Assembly (NCBI GenBank): GCA_049616955.1
Contig: JBMZIJ010000001.1
Span: 66,797-130,796, forward strand
Length of the DNA stretch: 64,000 nt
DNA from: Candidatus Poseidoniaceae archaeon
GTDB lineage: Archaea; Thermoplasmatota; Poseidoniia; Poseidoniales; Poseidoniaceae
Direction of reading: 5' to 3'
Below, piece by piece: positions 1 through 8,994 of this stretch (position 1 is its first letter; every line of letters starts with the position of its first letter). A program made the translations under genes and the position numbers. The notes under the pieces are model-generated. The model saw nothing but the letters and a program-made list of their open reading frames with translations, did not search any database and was not told the DNA's origin.

Positions 1-518
1 AGACCGTTTCGTACGATTGTGGCAGCATCCTTCTCGTCCGGCTCTCCGTACACCATAACGCTTGAATCTTCAAGCAATTGTGAAAGTTGAGCATAGGCGC
101 CAGGACGATGGACGTCGGCTTCAATCACCGCAACGCGCAATCCGTGCTTTTTTCGATACCATTCTGCGAGTTTGGCGGTCGTGGTCGTCTTACCTTGACC
201 GTACAATCCAACGAGAAGAAGCGTTGCACCACGTGGCTGGAATTCGTGGCTGCTGCCAAGAATTCGAACCAGTTCGAGATAGAGAATATTCATCGCATGC
301 GTCTGGAGATCGATGCCTGGACGTGGTTCCTCTTCTCGCATTCTTTCCTCGAGGCGATCAACGATTTCCTTCGTTTGACGAACGTTAAAATCTGCCTCTT
401 GCAAAGCGCGACGAAGACTCTTGGTCATTTCTTTGAGTTCTTCTTCATTCAATCGACGCTTGCTACGGAGAAGTCCGAGTGAACGGAAAATTCCACGTGA
501 TAGGCCTTCAAGCGCCAT
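1..518 (-). CDS. srp54: Signal recognition particle protein SRP54, N-terminal part (gene continues beyond the left window edge)
   Basis: Own translation of the minus strand from the ATG (complement of 516-518): MALEGLSRGIFRSLGLLRSKRRLNEEELKEMTKSLRRALQEADFNVRQTKEIV...LLLVGLYGQGKTTTTAKLAEWYRKKHGLRVAVIEADVHRPGAYAQLSQLL...VMVYGEPDEKDAATIV. This gives an N domain, a G-domain P-loop and the ADxxRPxAxxQL block. It is absent from the ORF track because no stop lies inside the window. Confidence 0.85.
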   Translation of the reverse strand, partial: MALEGLSRGIFRSLGLLRSKRRLNEEELKEMTKSLRRALQEADFNVRQTKEIVDRLEERMREEEPRPGIDLQTHAMNILYLELVRILGSSHEFQPRGATLLLVGLYGQGKTTTTAKLAEWYRKKHGLRVAVIEADVHRPGAYAQLSQLLEDSSVMVYGEPDEKDAATIVRNG

Positions 519-559
519 GAATTAGCCACCAAGCCTTCTCCTTTCAATCCAACGGATGT

Positions 560-1810
560 TCATTCATCGAGAGGAACTTCAAGCCGAAGGACATCGTCCT
601 CAAGTTTTGCCTTGACCTGTGTCGATTTTGCTGGAGACGTTGTTGGAATTGCATGTTCTCGACCATTGACACCGACGTAGAGTATACCATCCTCGCTACG
701 CAACGAGAGATCTTCTCGTTCTAAACCAGGGAAATGCAAGTGGATAATTTCAACACCATCCCCCATCTCTGTAAATGTTCCACGATGGATGGAATGATGC
801 AATCGCTCACCAACAGAGTACGGGCCAAGTTCCTCGCCTAGGGGCTGTGGTTCTCCGTACAAAAGAGAACCATACGTTCGTAACCGCTCCAATCCTTGTA
901 CTTCAGAGTCAAACAAATCCATCGTTGTAACAGGAATATTTAGCGAGTCTTTCAACTCAGCAATGTGGCCTTGTTCTTCAGTGCGGCGTCTCTGGAGGAA
1001 AGGATGATCCAGTTCGGGCGTTACGCGATTGACCAGACATCCGGTCACAGGCAATTCGTATTCATTCAGTGAAGCGTTTGCACGTACAGTTTCGTTCACA
1101 CCCATGCGTTCGGGAATGGTCACAAGGGTAAACGAAGTTGTAGAGGGATCGCTCAATACTCGGCGTACATGAAGGACGCGACGGCGGAATCGCTCAAGTT
1201 CTTCTTTCATGGCATCGCTTTGCTTCCGTCCAAAAAGCATCGAACGAAGCCCTCCAGAGACACGCATCATTCGAAGCAAACGTCCTGACCAGGCCTCAAT
1301 AAGTTCTGGCAAGGAAAGGAAGCGAAGTGTATGACCGGTCGGAGCCGTATCGAATACAATCACATCCCATGCTGGATTTTCAACATGTTTGAGCAATTCA
1401 TCAAAGGCTATCGCCTCATCGAGTCCAGGAAGGACTAATTCACTCGAATCCACTTCTTCTTTGATGGATTCCATCTCTTCTTTTGCTGATTGATCAAACA
1501 TTCCACCAAGACCGCCAAAAGCTGCAAGCGGAGAAGTTGACATACCCGAGAGACTTTCACCAAGTTTAGGCATAAAGGTCGATAACTTCGCTTCAGGGTT
1601 TAATTCCAAGCCAAAGAGACCGGGTACACCATCAACGGGTGTTGGTTCGGAGGATAATTCAACGCCAAGCGAATCAGAAGTGGAGTGAGCAGGATCGCTC
1701 GATACGAGAAGGACTTTCAGACCAGAGTCTGCGAGCCATACTGCGGTTGATGCTGAGGTTGTTGTTTTCCCAACACCACCCTTTCCTCCGAACAACAACA
1801 ATCTCGCCAT
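560..1810 (-). CDS. ArsA/Get3-family ATPase with C-terminal HSP20-like beta-sandwich domain
   Basis: P-loop 'GGKGGVGKTTTSAS', 'SSDPAHSTSD' and 'DTAPTGHTLRFL' motifs of ArsA/Get3 ATPases. The C-terminal ~70 aa ('VEIIHLHFPGLEREDLSLRSEDGILYVGVNG...DDVLRLEVPL') look alpha-crystallin/HSP20-like. Confidence 0.8.
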   Translation of the reverse strand: MARLLLFGGKGGVGKTTTSASTAVWLADSGLKVLLVSSDPAHSTSDSLGVELSSEPTPVDGVPGLFGLELNPEAKLSTFMPKLGESLSGMSTSPLAAFGGLGGMFDQSAKEEMESIKEEVDSSELVLPGLDEAIAFDELLKHVENPAWDVIVFDTAPTGHTLRFLSLPELIEAWSGRLLRMMRVSGGLRSMLFGRKQSDAMKEELERFRRRVLHVRRVLSDPSTTSFTLVTIPERMGVNETVRANASLNEYELPVTGCLVNRVTPELDHPFLQRRRTEEQGHIAELKDSLNIPVTTMDLFDSEVQGLERLRTYGSLLYGEPQPLGEELGPYSVGERLHHSIHRGTFTEMGDGVEIIHLHFPGLEREDLSLRSEDGILYVGVNGREHAIPTTSPAKSTQVKAKLEDDVLRLEVPLDE

Positions 1811-1878
1811 GGGCTTGACACTTTGTGGTGGTGTTTGAACTCATTGCTCACGTTTACTCCTAACCAACTTATGTATGC

Positions 1879-2679
1879 GTGTCATCACGAGATGTTGTGG
1901 TCAATGATTTTGTCACGTTCCAAATTGCCGCAATATGTGGCCTCATCGGTATGACGTTGGGCTGGCGCGGTGTGATGACAAAATATTCTGGATTCTATGA
2001 CTTGCCAACAGCATGGAATCAGGTGTTCTGGGGAATTCTTCTTGGAGGGGCGTTTGCATCGTATGCAGATAGTTCGCTGTTTCTGCCTTATTATGAGGCT
2101 CAAGTAACAGGGACTCGAACAGCGGAATTAAATGTCATTCGCCTCATTCTTGTTCCACTCATTGCAACGATTGGTATGCATTTTTTGCTTCGTCGAAAAC
2201 GAGTTCGTAAAGGCGGTTCACAAGCAACCAGTGGTTGGGCGCTCGGTCTTGCGGTTGGAGGAATGCTGGCCATCGTTTTGATCACGAGAAAAGTACAAAC
2301 CGGTATCGATGGATTCCAGGATGTCCTTACTGTTTTGCTCATCGGGTTTTTCGCACCACGAGTTGAAGCCATCATCACCGCATTTCATGGAACCCTTATG
2401 TTGAGAGGAAAACGATGGGGTGCTATTTTCAGAGCCACATTTTGGAGAGCATCCTCCCTCACGATGTTCTATTTCGCTTGGTTTAGTCCTTTGGCTTGGG
2501 TTTTCATCATTCCACCGATCTTGCTGGTGCAAGATTCAGCAGAGAAATGGGTTTGGGATTCAGTACCCAAGGAAGGTCGAAGGCGATGGCGAAGAATGCA
2601 AGCGGACAAAAAGCGCGAAAAACAAGTCGCTGCGAGACTTATTCATGAACCAAACTCTCTTCGAACAGAAGAGGAGTGA
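1879..2679 (+). CDS. Multi-pass membrane protein, unknown function
   Basis: 266-aa ORF with GTG start, about 6-7 hydrophobic helices and a strongly basic C-terminal tail (KEGRRRWRRMQADKKREKQ). No family recognised. Confidence 0.55.
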   Translation: MSSRDVVVNDFVTFQIAAICGLIGMTLGWRGVMTKYSGFYDLPTAWNQVFWGILLGGAFASYADSSLFLPYYEAQVTGTRTAELNVIRLILVPLIATIGMHFLLRRKRVRKGGSQATSGWALGLAVGGMLAIVLITRKVQTGIDGFQDVLTVLLIGFFAPRVEAIITAFHGTLMLRGKRWGAIFRATFWRASSLTMFYFAWFSPLAWVFIIPPILLVQDSAEKWVWDSVPKEGRRRWRRMQADKKREKQVAARLIHEPNSLRTEEE

Positions 2680-2765
2680 TTTCGCGCCCCCAAGACCTCC
2701 CGTATCAATGGTTTGGTCGGTCATCTCACACAACCATTAAACCATGACTGCTCAACCAAGAGGCC

Positions 2766-4373
2766 ATGGGTTCTTGCCCGTACTGTGCTGCGACCACGCT
2801 GGATGGTGATACCATCTGCTACTCCTGTGGGAGGGTTTTAGCCAACAGTTCGATTATGGAACATCGTATCCACCTCCAAAAAGACCGTCACAACAACGTC
2901 TCTGCATATAAGATGACGACGACACCTCAGCGAAGAGGGCTTGTCCAAACCGATCGTGGAAGAACAAAGAATATCCTCAAAGGTCGAAAGAATCGATTTC
3001 GCAGCCTCATCATGCTCGGACTTGTTGCATTCATCATGCTTTCACCACAGGCGAGAGAAATGACCATGGGCAAAATTTCTGAAGTTAAAGAATTCATTAT
3101 GAATCCTACTTCAGGTTATTTGGTGTATGATATCGAGGCGGATTACACCCTTAATCGAATTGTTTCATTTGAGAATATGGACAGTGACATGAGCGAGTAC
3201 TTTAACGAGACATTGCCGATTTCACCGGATATTTACGCCCTCGAAGGCAGCAACTCGATGTATACGTATACCGACGGAACACAAGATGTTCCGAATCAGA
3301 AAATACAGGACGTTACATCGATTGAGTTACGAATCGATGGCCAGTCAATCAACATTCCACTTGAAAACTCCGCAATACGAACCTATGCTGAAGCCATCAC
3401 GACTGCGAGTGGCCACAAAGTATGGTGGCCTGGAACATCGGGTACTGGAAGCCAGTACTGCATTGGCGGTCCTTGTGTCAAGGTGACCATCAATCTTGGC
3501 CCAAACCAGGCTACATCGTTTGAGTATCTTGTGACCATCAGTTCGAAATCGTATACGTGGTGGTCTGATGCAGATGAGGGCGTTGATCCTCGAATTCCTG
3601 GTTTTGCATCCGGTATACTTGAGCAGAACAGTGGCACGTTCGATGATTTTGAAAATCGCGGCGGAGGTGAACGCGTTGACGAATTTACAGCCATTCGATG
3701 GTACAACAAAAACCGGGGAGACCCAGATAATTACGCCATCGACGCAACAGGTGCAACCGTTATTGCTGCTGTTTCAGCCATTGATTCAAATCTTCCAGAA
3801 AATAACCAGAACGCGTTCAAGTTTGCAAAGGCTGCTTTTGATTACATTCGAGAAAACATCGAGTATTACACCTGCCCACCCAATGACCCCACTTGTGCAG
3901 GATTACCTGCTCTAAGTGGACCTGCTTGTTTAGCAGCGGGTCAAGGCGATTGTGACGAACAAACGAACGCCTTCCTCAGTTTATTGCGAGCAAAAGGTAT
4001 TCCAGGATGGTATGTCTTTGGTATTCTTTCGAGTCAATCATACACAAAGTGGGAAGCTCACGCGTGGGGCTACATTCAACTACCAATGTCAACGGAATGG
4101 TGCAATGAGAACAACATAGAATTGGATAGTTGCTACATCGAGGCATCTGTTGATGTAACGAACAACAAATGGCTTCTGCATACCGCATCTGCACTCATTG
4201 ATTGGATTGAACAGCCGGATCCAAACAGAGATGGCACCTACATCAATGCCTACTATCGCCCACTCGCCTATTCCGACAAAGACAACGATTTTGAGCGCGT
4301 CCAAAGAGACCGTGTCTTTGCATTAGAGGGGCCTGTTAGTTACGGTGGTGGCAAGTTCCCAGTATACAGTTGA
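2766..4373 (+). CDS. Zinc-ribbon / single-TM / transglutaminase-like cysteine protease superfamily protein
   Basis: N-terminal 'CPYCAATTLDGDTICYSCG' (CxxC-x10-CxxC) and a hydrophobic helix 'LIMLGLVAFIMLS'. The C-terminal transglutaminase core has 'GQGDCDEQTNAFLSLLRAKGIPGWYV' (catalytic Cys) and 'WEAHAWGYIQ' (His). Confidence 0.7.
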   Translation: MGSCPYCAATTLDGDTICYSCGRVLANSSIMEHRIHLQKDRHNNVSAYKMTTTPQRRGLVQTDRGRTKNILKGRKNRFRSLIMLGLVAFIMLSPQAREMTMGKISEVKEFIMNPTSGYLVYDIEADYTLNRIVSFENMDSDMSEYFNETLPISPDIYALEGSNSMYTYTDGTQDVPNQKIQDVTSIELRIDGQSINIPLENSAIRTYAEAITTASGHKVWWPGTSGTGSQYCIGGPCVKVTINLGPNQATSFEYLVTISSKSYTWWSDADEGVDPRIPGFASGILEQNSGTFDDFENRGGGERVDEFTAIRWYNKNRGDPDNYAIDATGATVIAAVSAIDSNLPENNQNAFKFAKAAFDYIRENIEYYTCPPNDPTCAGLPALSGPACLAAGQGDCDEQTNAFLSLLRAKGIPGWYVFGILSSQSYTKWEAHAWGYIQLPMSTEWCNENNIELDSCYIEASVDVTNNKWLLHTASALIDWIEQPDPNRDGTYINAYYRPLAYSDKDNDFERVQRDRVFALEGPVSYGGGKFPVYS

Positions 4374-4384
4374 GGTGATGAACA

Positions 4385-5806
4385 ATGCGAGTAATCATTG
4401 GAGGTGCTGGCCGAGTTGGTTCAGAATTAGCTCGAGCCATGCGTGCAGAAACAATGGACGTTGTCTTGATTGACAATGATTCAAGGGCAGTCAAAAATGC
4501 TCAATCGTTGGACGCTTTAGTGATTCATGGTGATATCACTTCTCGAGAATCACTCCAAGAAGCAGGAATCGGCGAGGCTACTGTTTTCGTTGCCGTTACA
4601 GATTCCGATGACCGAAATCTCATTGCATGTGCCCTTGCCGAAGATGAGTATAAACGACAGAATGGTGTGTCCATTAAACAGAATCTCTTGTCCATAGGTC
4701 GCTTCCGAAACAGAACCTATGTCAAAGAGCATGAACAAGGCCACCTTTCACGATGGGCTGCAGTCGATTATGCCATCGATCCTGTCGATGGAGCCATTCA
4801 ACGACTTGCAACGGGTTTGCGTTCTTCGGCGATTGAAGAAGTGATACCGTTTGGGCACGAGGCATTCATCATTGAATTGAACGTAACGAAAGATGCAGAA
4901 CAAGTAATCTACCAAACTTTGGCAGAAGCCAGTCTCGGAATTGAAGGCGGATTGCCTCTCATTGTTGGAGTAAAGCGTGATGGTGAGCCGAGCACCGTTC
5001 CGAACAAGGATTTCACATTGATGCCGAAAGATCGAATCGCAGTCGCAACAAGTGGTTTAGGATCATTCAGTCGTATTCTGACCGCATTTGGTCACGAATC
5101 CATTGATTTTCCAGCACAACCTCGTGTTGCTATCATCGGAGCAACGAATGTTGGTCGCAGAATTGCGGAGAATTGGCTCAAGAATGGTGCTTATGTAACT
5201 GTGATTGAGCGAAATTTGAACACCGCAAACAATCTCTCTGGTTCCGATATTGGGGCTCACGCCAATCTTGATGTGATTCATGGAGATTTCCTCGACCGAA
5301 ATATCTTGACCGAAATTGGGATCAAAGAGCATCACATTGCAATTGCGGCTCTCGAAGATGACCACATTTCCATTGCGGCTGCACTCCTTGCAAACGACAT
5401 GGGCGTTACAAGAACTGGGTTGATTCTCAAGGATTCCGACCTTGTCACTGTCACACAGCGAATGGGAATTACCTTCGCTGTCGACATCAAGCGTGTTGCA
5501 GTCGACAATATTCTTGCTCACATTCACACCAAGGCATCAGGTGCTTATGCTATTCTTTCCAACATACCCGATGTTGTAGGAATTAGCCAAACCGTTTCAA
5601 AGGAATCGAAATTTGCCGGCAAAAAGATTGGAAATTCGGGATTGCCTGAATGGTCTCGAATCGCTTTCATTCAACGCAGAAACACAGCAGGATTTTGGGA
5701 AACACTTCGTCCTGCTCGTGAAAAAACCATTGTTGAAGGCGATCGACTCATCTTGTTCTGTCGGCCGGATCGAGTCGCAGATCTTGAGAAGCGATTCAAG
5801 GTGTAA
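4385..5806 (+). CDS. trkA: Trk potassium uptake system, NAD-binding subunit TrkA
   Basis: Two Rossmann/RCK modules ('MRVIIGGAGRVGSELA', 'VAIIGATNVGRRIA'), 473 aa, immediately upstream of trkH. Confidence 0.85.
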   Translation: MRVIIGGAGRVGSELARAMRAETMDVVLIDNDSRAVKNAQSLDALVIHGDITSRESLQEAGIGEATVFVAVTDSDDRNLIACALAEDEYKRQNGVSIKQNLLSIGRFRNRTYVKEHEQGHLSRWAAVDYAIDPVDGAIQRLATGLRSSAIEEVIPFGHEAFIIELNVTKDAEQVIYQTLAEASLGIEGGLPLIVGVKRDGEPSTVPNKDFTLMPKDRIAVATSGLGSFSRILTAFGHESIDFPAQPRVAIIGATNVGRRIAENWLKNGAYVTVIERNLNTANNLSGSDIGAHANLDVIHGDFLDRNILTEIGIKEHHIAIAALEDDHISIAAALLANDMGVTRTGLILKDSDLVTVTQRMGITFAVDIKRVAVDNILAHIHTKASGAYAILSNIPDVVGISQTVSKESKFAGKKIGNSGLPEWSRIAFIQRRNTAGFWETLRPAREKTIVEGDRLILFCRPDRVADLEKRFKV

Positions 5807-5808
5807 AC

Positions 5809-7449
5809 ATGCGGTTTGACGTACTCAACCTAATTCTGGGGTGGACGCTTGTTGCGTTGACCATTCCACTACTGTTGTGTGTTGTAGCAACTGGCTACCT
5901 TGACAATTGGGAACTCGCAATTCGAGCCTTTTCAATTCCAGCAGGACTTTCACTCTTCATTGGTTCAATGATGCTTCGATTTGGAACCAAACGTAACACG
6001 CACATGCGTCTTCGAGATCGAGAAGCATTTGCTGCAGTAGCTCTGGTGTGGCCACTCGCCGTCTTCATCGGAGCACTCCCTTACTGGCTCGGAGGTATGT
6101 TTCATGGACCATTTACAGATGGATCCGATGTTGCAGATATTGCACGAGGTGCAGTCAATGCATGGTTTGAATCGATGTCAGGATTTTCAACAACTGGAGC
6201 AACGGTTATTTCCACTTCGATGAGTCCAAACTGCTTGCCAGGCATGGATTGCATTAATTCACAACCGCGTGGACTTCTCTTTTGGAGATCTTTGACGCAG
6301 TGGTTTGGTGGAATGGGAATCATCATGCTTGGAATGATGATTCTCTCACGAGTTATTGGTGGTGGAATGGCGCTTGCTCGAGCTGAGTTAACAGGACCGT
6401 CATTGTCTCGTTTGAAGCCAAAACTGCAAGAAACCGCTTTGGCCTTGTGGGGACTCTATTTTGCCTTAACACTCCTCGAATTCGGTTTGTTATGGTCTAT
6501 CGGTGGCATGGATTGGTTTGATTCGATCAATCACGCATTGACAACAATGCCAACTGGTGGATTCTCAACATACGATGCCAGTATTGGGCATTTTGAATCC
6601 TACACTGTGGAATTGATCATCATCCTGTTCATGTTTATCGGCGGAATTAACTTTACACTCCTATGGTTCATTCGCGAAGGTCAATTCCGTAAAGCGACCC
6701 AAGATGAGGAATTCAAGAATTACATTGTCTACATTCTCACAACGTTCTTGTTCATTACCATCGCACTCCTTGCGACGAGGGATTACACAACTGTTGACTC
6801 CTTCATTGATTCACTGTTCCATGTTGTATCCTTGGGTACGTCCACGGGATATACCTCAACGGATTACATGCAATGGCCTGTCGTTACCCATCTGTTCTTG
6901 TTCGTGTTGATGATTGTTGGAGCATCTGCAGGAAGCACAAGCGGTGGATTGAAACTCCTTCGAATTAATCTTGCTTTCAAGGTAGCCATGCGAGAGTTGG
7001 TTCGAATTGCACAACCACGTAAAGTGCAGACGATTCGAATGAATGGAGAGGTTGTTGGAAATCAACAACTTGGGCTCATCGTTGGGATGTTGTTCGTTTG
7101 GATCGGTCTGTTTGCCATATCATCCATTCTACTCGCCTTTATCGTTCCAGGTGAAGATTTTGAATCGATTTTGGCACTTGTTGCCTCAAGTCTTGGTAAT
7201 ACAGGACCAACAATTGGTAATTACGGGCCAACAGAAACATGGGCAGGTCTCAATTCTGGTGCCTTGTTGTTAACATCTATTCTCATGTGGTTTGGACGTT
7301 TGGAATTGTTAACCGCCGTTATTCTCTTGCATCCACATACATGGCGATCTGAATCGAAAGATCAAGCACCTCGAGGAGCATTGGCTCGTCTCAAGCGCAT
7401 GATCTCAAGAGAACCGCATGAAGAATCAGAACAGGGTCCTTTGAGCTGA
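5809..7449 (+). CDS. trkH: Trk potassium uptake system, membrane subunit TrkH
   Basis: 546-aa polytopic protein with TrkH-type pore motifs ('MSGFSTTGATVIS', 'TTMPTGGFST', 'LGTSTGYTSTD', 'SLGNTGPT'). Starts 3 nt after trkA. Confidence 0.85.
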   Translation: MRFDVLNLILGWTLVALTIPLLLCVVATGYLDNWELAIRAFSIPAGLSLFIGSMMLRFGTKRNTHMRLRDREAFAAVALVWPLAVFIGALPYWLGGMFHGPFTDGSDVADIARGAVNAWFESMSGFSTTGATVISTSMSPNCLPGMDCINSQPRGLLFWRSLTQWFGGMGIIMLGMMILSRVIGGGMALARAELTGPSLSRLKPKLQETALALWGLYFALTLLEFGLLWSIGGMDWFDSINHALTTMPTGGFSTYDASIGHFESYTVELIIILFMFIGGINFTLLWFIREGQFRKATQDEEFKNYIVYILTTFLFITIALLATRDYTTVDSFIDSLFHVVSLGTSTGYTSTDYMQWPVVTHLFLFVLMIVGASAGSTSGGLKLLRINLAFKVAMRELVRIAQPRKVQTIRMNGEVVGNQQLGLIVGMLFVWIGLFAISSILLAFIVPGEDFESILALVASSLGNTGPTIGNYGPTETWAGLNSGALLLTSILMWFGRLELLTAVILLHPHTWRSESKDQAPRGALARLKRMISREPHEESEQGPLS

Positions 7450-8952
7450 GTCTCGCTTTGGCTCAGGTTCCTCTTCAATCTCTGATTCAGGTTCAGCAAC
7501 GTCCACATGGAGCTCCTCGAGTACAGAATCGATAACTGGATCTTTCCATTGCTCCTCTGCCTGTTCATACGCCTGAATCAATGCCTTTGTGGATTTACGA
7601 GAGACTGGTAGATTGCACAATGCTGCATGTTCATCAGCACTTAGCCCTAGCGCCAGTGAAATCTCGAACCGATTCGGATCACCAAAAACAGGATTCTCTT
7701 GATGAAGTGCACTCAGCAATGGCATGAATTCTCGACGGACTGTGGATTTGCTGGTTTTGGAAACGTTTGCGAGATGCGTAATGATGGCAGGTCGTGCCCA
7801 CGAGCCTGACCGTCTCAGATAATTCGGATAGCTTGGATAAATTCTGGCAGGTAAGGGTTGATTGTTGGCAACACTTGCGGATAAGGACGCTAAATGGAGT
7901 GTCCAATACGAGGAATGATGAGCAAGATCACGATAACGACTCTCGACCGAACGATCAGCGAGAACGAGGGCTTTCGAACCTCGACGCATGGCAACAACAT
8001 CAAACAATGACGAATTGTTCCAATGCACCCAATTCATCAAATCGGAGGGTTGTTTATCGATACTGCGCCCAATCGTAACTGCGTCGGTTGCAGATTCTGA
8101 CCGATACAAGGATTCCATCCCAGGAAACACTTCCGTTGTCATGTCACGCACGCCGGCTGCAAGATGCTCTCTCACCATCTCTGGATTGAGTGCATCCATG
8201 TCTCCAGATGAAAGCACTTGCAAATCTCGAACCAGTGCACGCAAGTCCCCATGATTTCCATCAACAAGCGTATCGATTGCATCGTTTGTGTAGCCTATGC
8301 CTTCCTCACGAAGAACCCGACGAGCAATTCTGCGAAGCGCCTCATCAGAAACACGATCGAATGTAACCGTAATGAGGTGACGATTAAATCGATCTTTGGT
8401 GTTTCTCCATGTCGATGATGAGCGACCCCAGAGTCCCATCACATCGTTGCATGCTAAGATAACAGGTTGTTTTGTTGATTCAAGAAGTCGCAACAATTCT
8501 GCTTTACCCCCTGAATCACCAGCGAGCGTTACCGATTCATCGTCCTCAATGCCTTTCCGGATACGATCTTCACTCACAGCCCGTAGACCGCCCCCAATAT
8601 GATCAACCTCATCCAAAAGAATGAGCGTACGTTGTTGAGGTTTGTTTGGATCGTGAAACAGCGAACGGTGTGTAGATGATTGTGTCGCAGCCTTTCGTAT
8701 AGCAATCGCATTTCGAGCATCGCTCGCATTGAGTTCAATGACCGTCCAACCCATATCCTGAGCTATTGCACGAGCAACCGTTGTTTTTCCAACACCAGGA
8801 GGTCCGACGAGAAGAATCCCTTTCTTTTTTGGTTGACCTTTGACCCAGTCATCGAGCCATTCTCGGATTTTACGTCGCTGACCTTCATTGCCTTCGAGTT
8901 GGTGTTCCGAAGTGGGGCGGTGCCGTTCAGTCCAATCTGAAGCACCGGTCAT
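7426..8952 (-). CDS. rfcL: Replication factor C large subunit
   Basis: 'WTERHRPTS', Walker A 'LLVGPPGVGKTTVA', Walker B 'LILLDEVDHI', acidic C-terminal tail; 508 aa. Confidence 0.85.
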   Translation of the reverse strand: MTGASDWTERHRPTSEHQLEGNEGQRRKIREWLDDWVKGQPKKKGILLVGPPGVGKTTVARAIAQDMGWTVIELNASDARNAIAIRKAATQSSTHRSLFHDPNKPQQRTLILLDEVDHIGGGLRAVSEDRIRKGIEDDESVTLAGDSGGKAELLRLLESTKQPVILACNDVMGLWGRSSSTWRNTKDRFNRHLITVTFDRVSDEALRRIARRVLREEGIGYTNDAIDTLVDGNHGDLRALVRDLQVLSSGDMDALNPEMVREHLAAGVRDMTTEVFPGMESLYRSESATDAVTIGRSIDKQPSDLMNWVHWNNSSLFDVVAMRRGSKALVLADRSVESRYRDLAHHSSYWTLHLASLSASVANNQPLPARIYPSYPNYLRRSGSWARPAIITHLANVSKTSKSTVRREFMPLLSALHQENPVFGDPNRFEISLALGLSADEHAALCNLPVSRKSTKALIQAYEQAEEQWKDPVIDSVLEELHVDVAEPESEIEEEPEPKRDSAQRTLF

Positions 8953-8994
8953 AGTTTTCCAACCTAACGACGGTTCTTGAAGATGTTTCTACTC

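Noticed and set aside
62-482. Two plus-strand ORFs (62-388, 87-482) at the left edge
   Set aside because: The minus strand here translates into an unmistakable SRP54 N/G domain. The plus-strand ORFs are antisense shadows.
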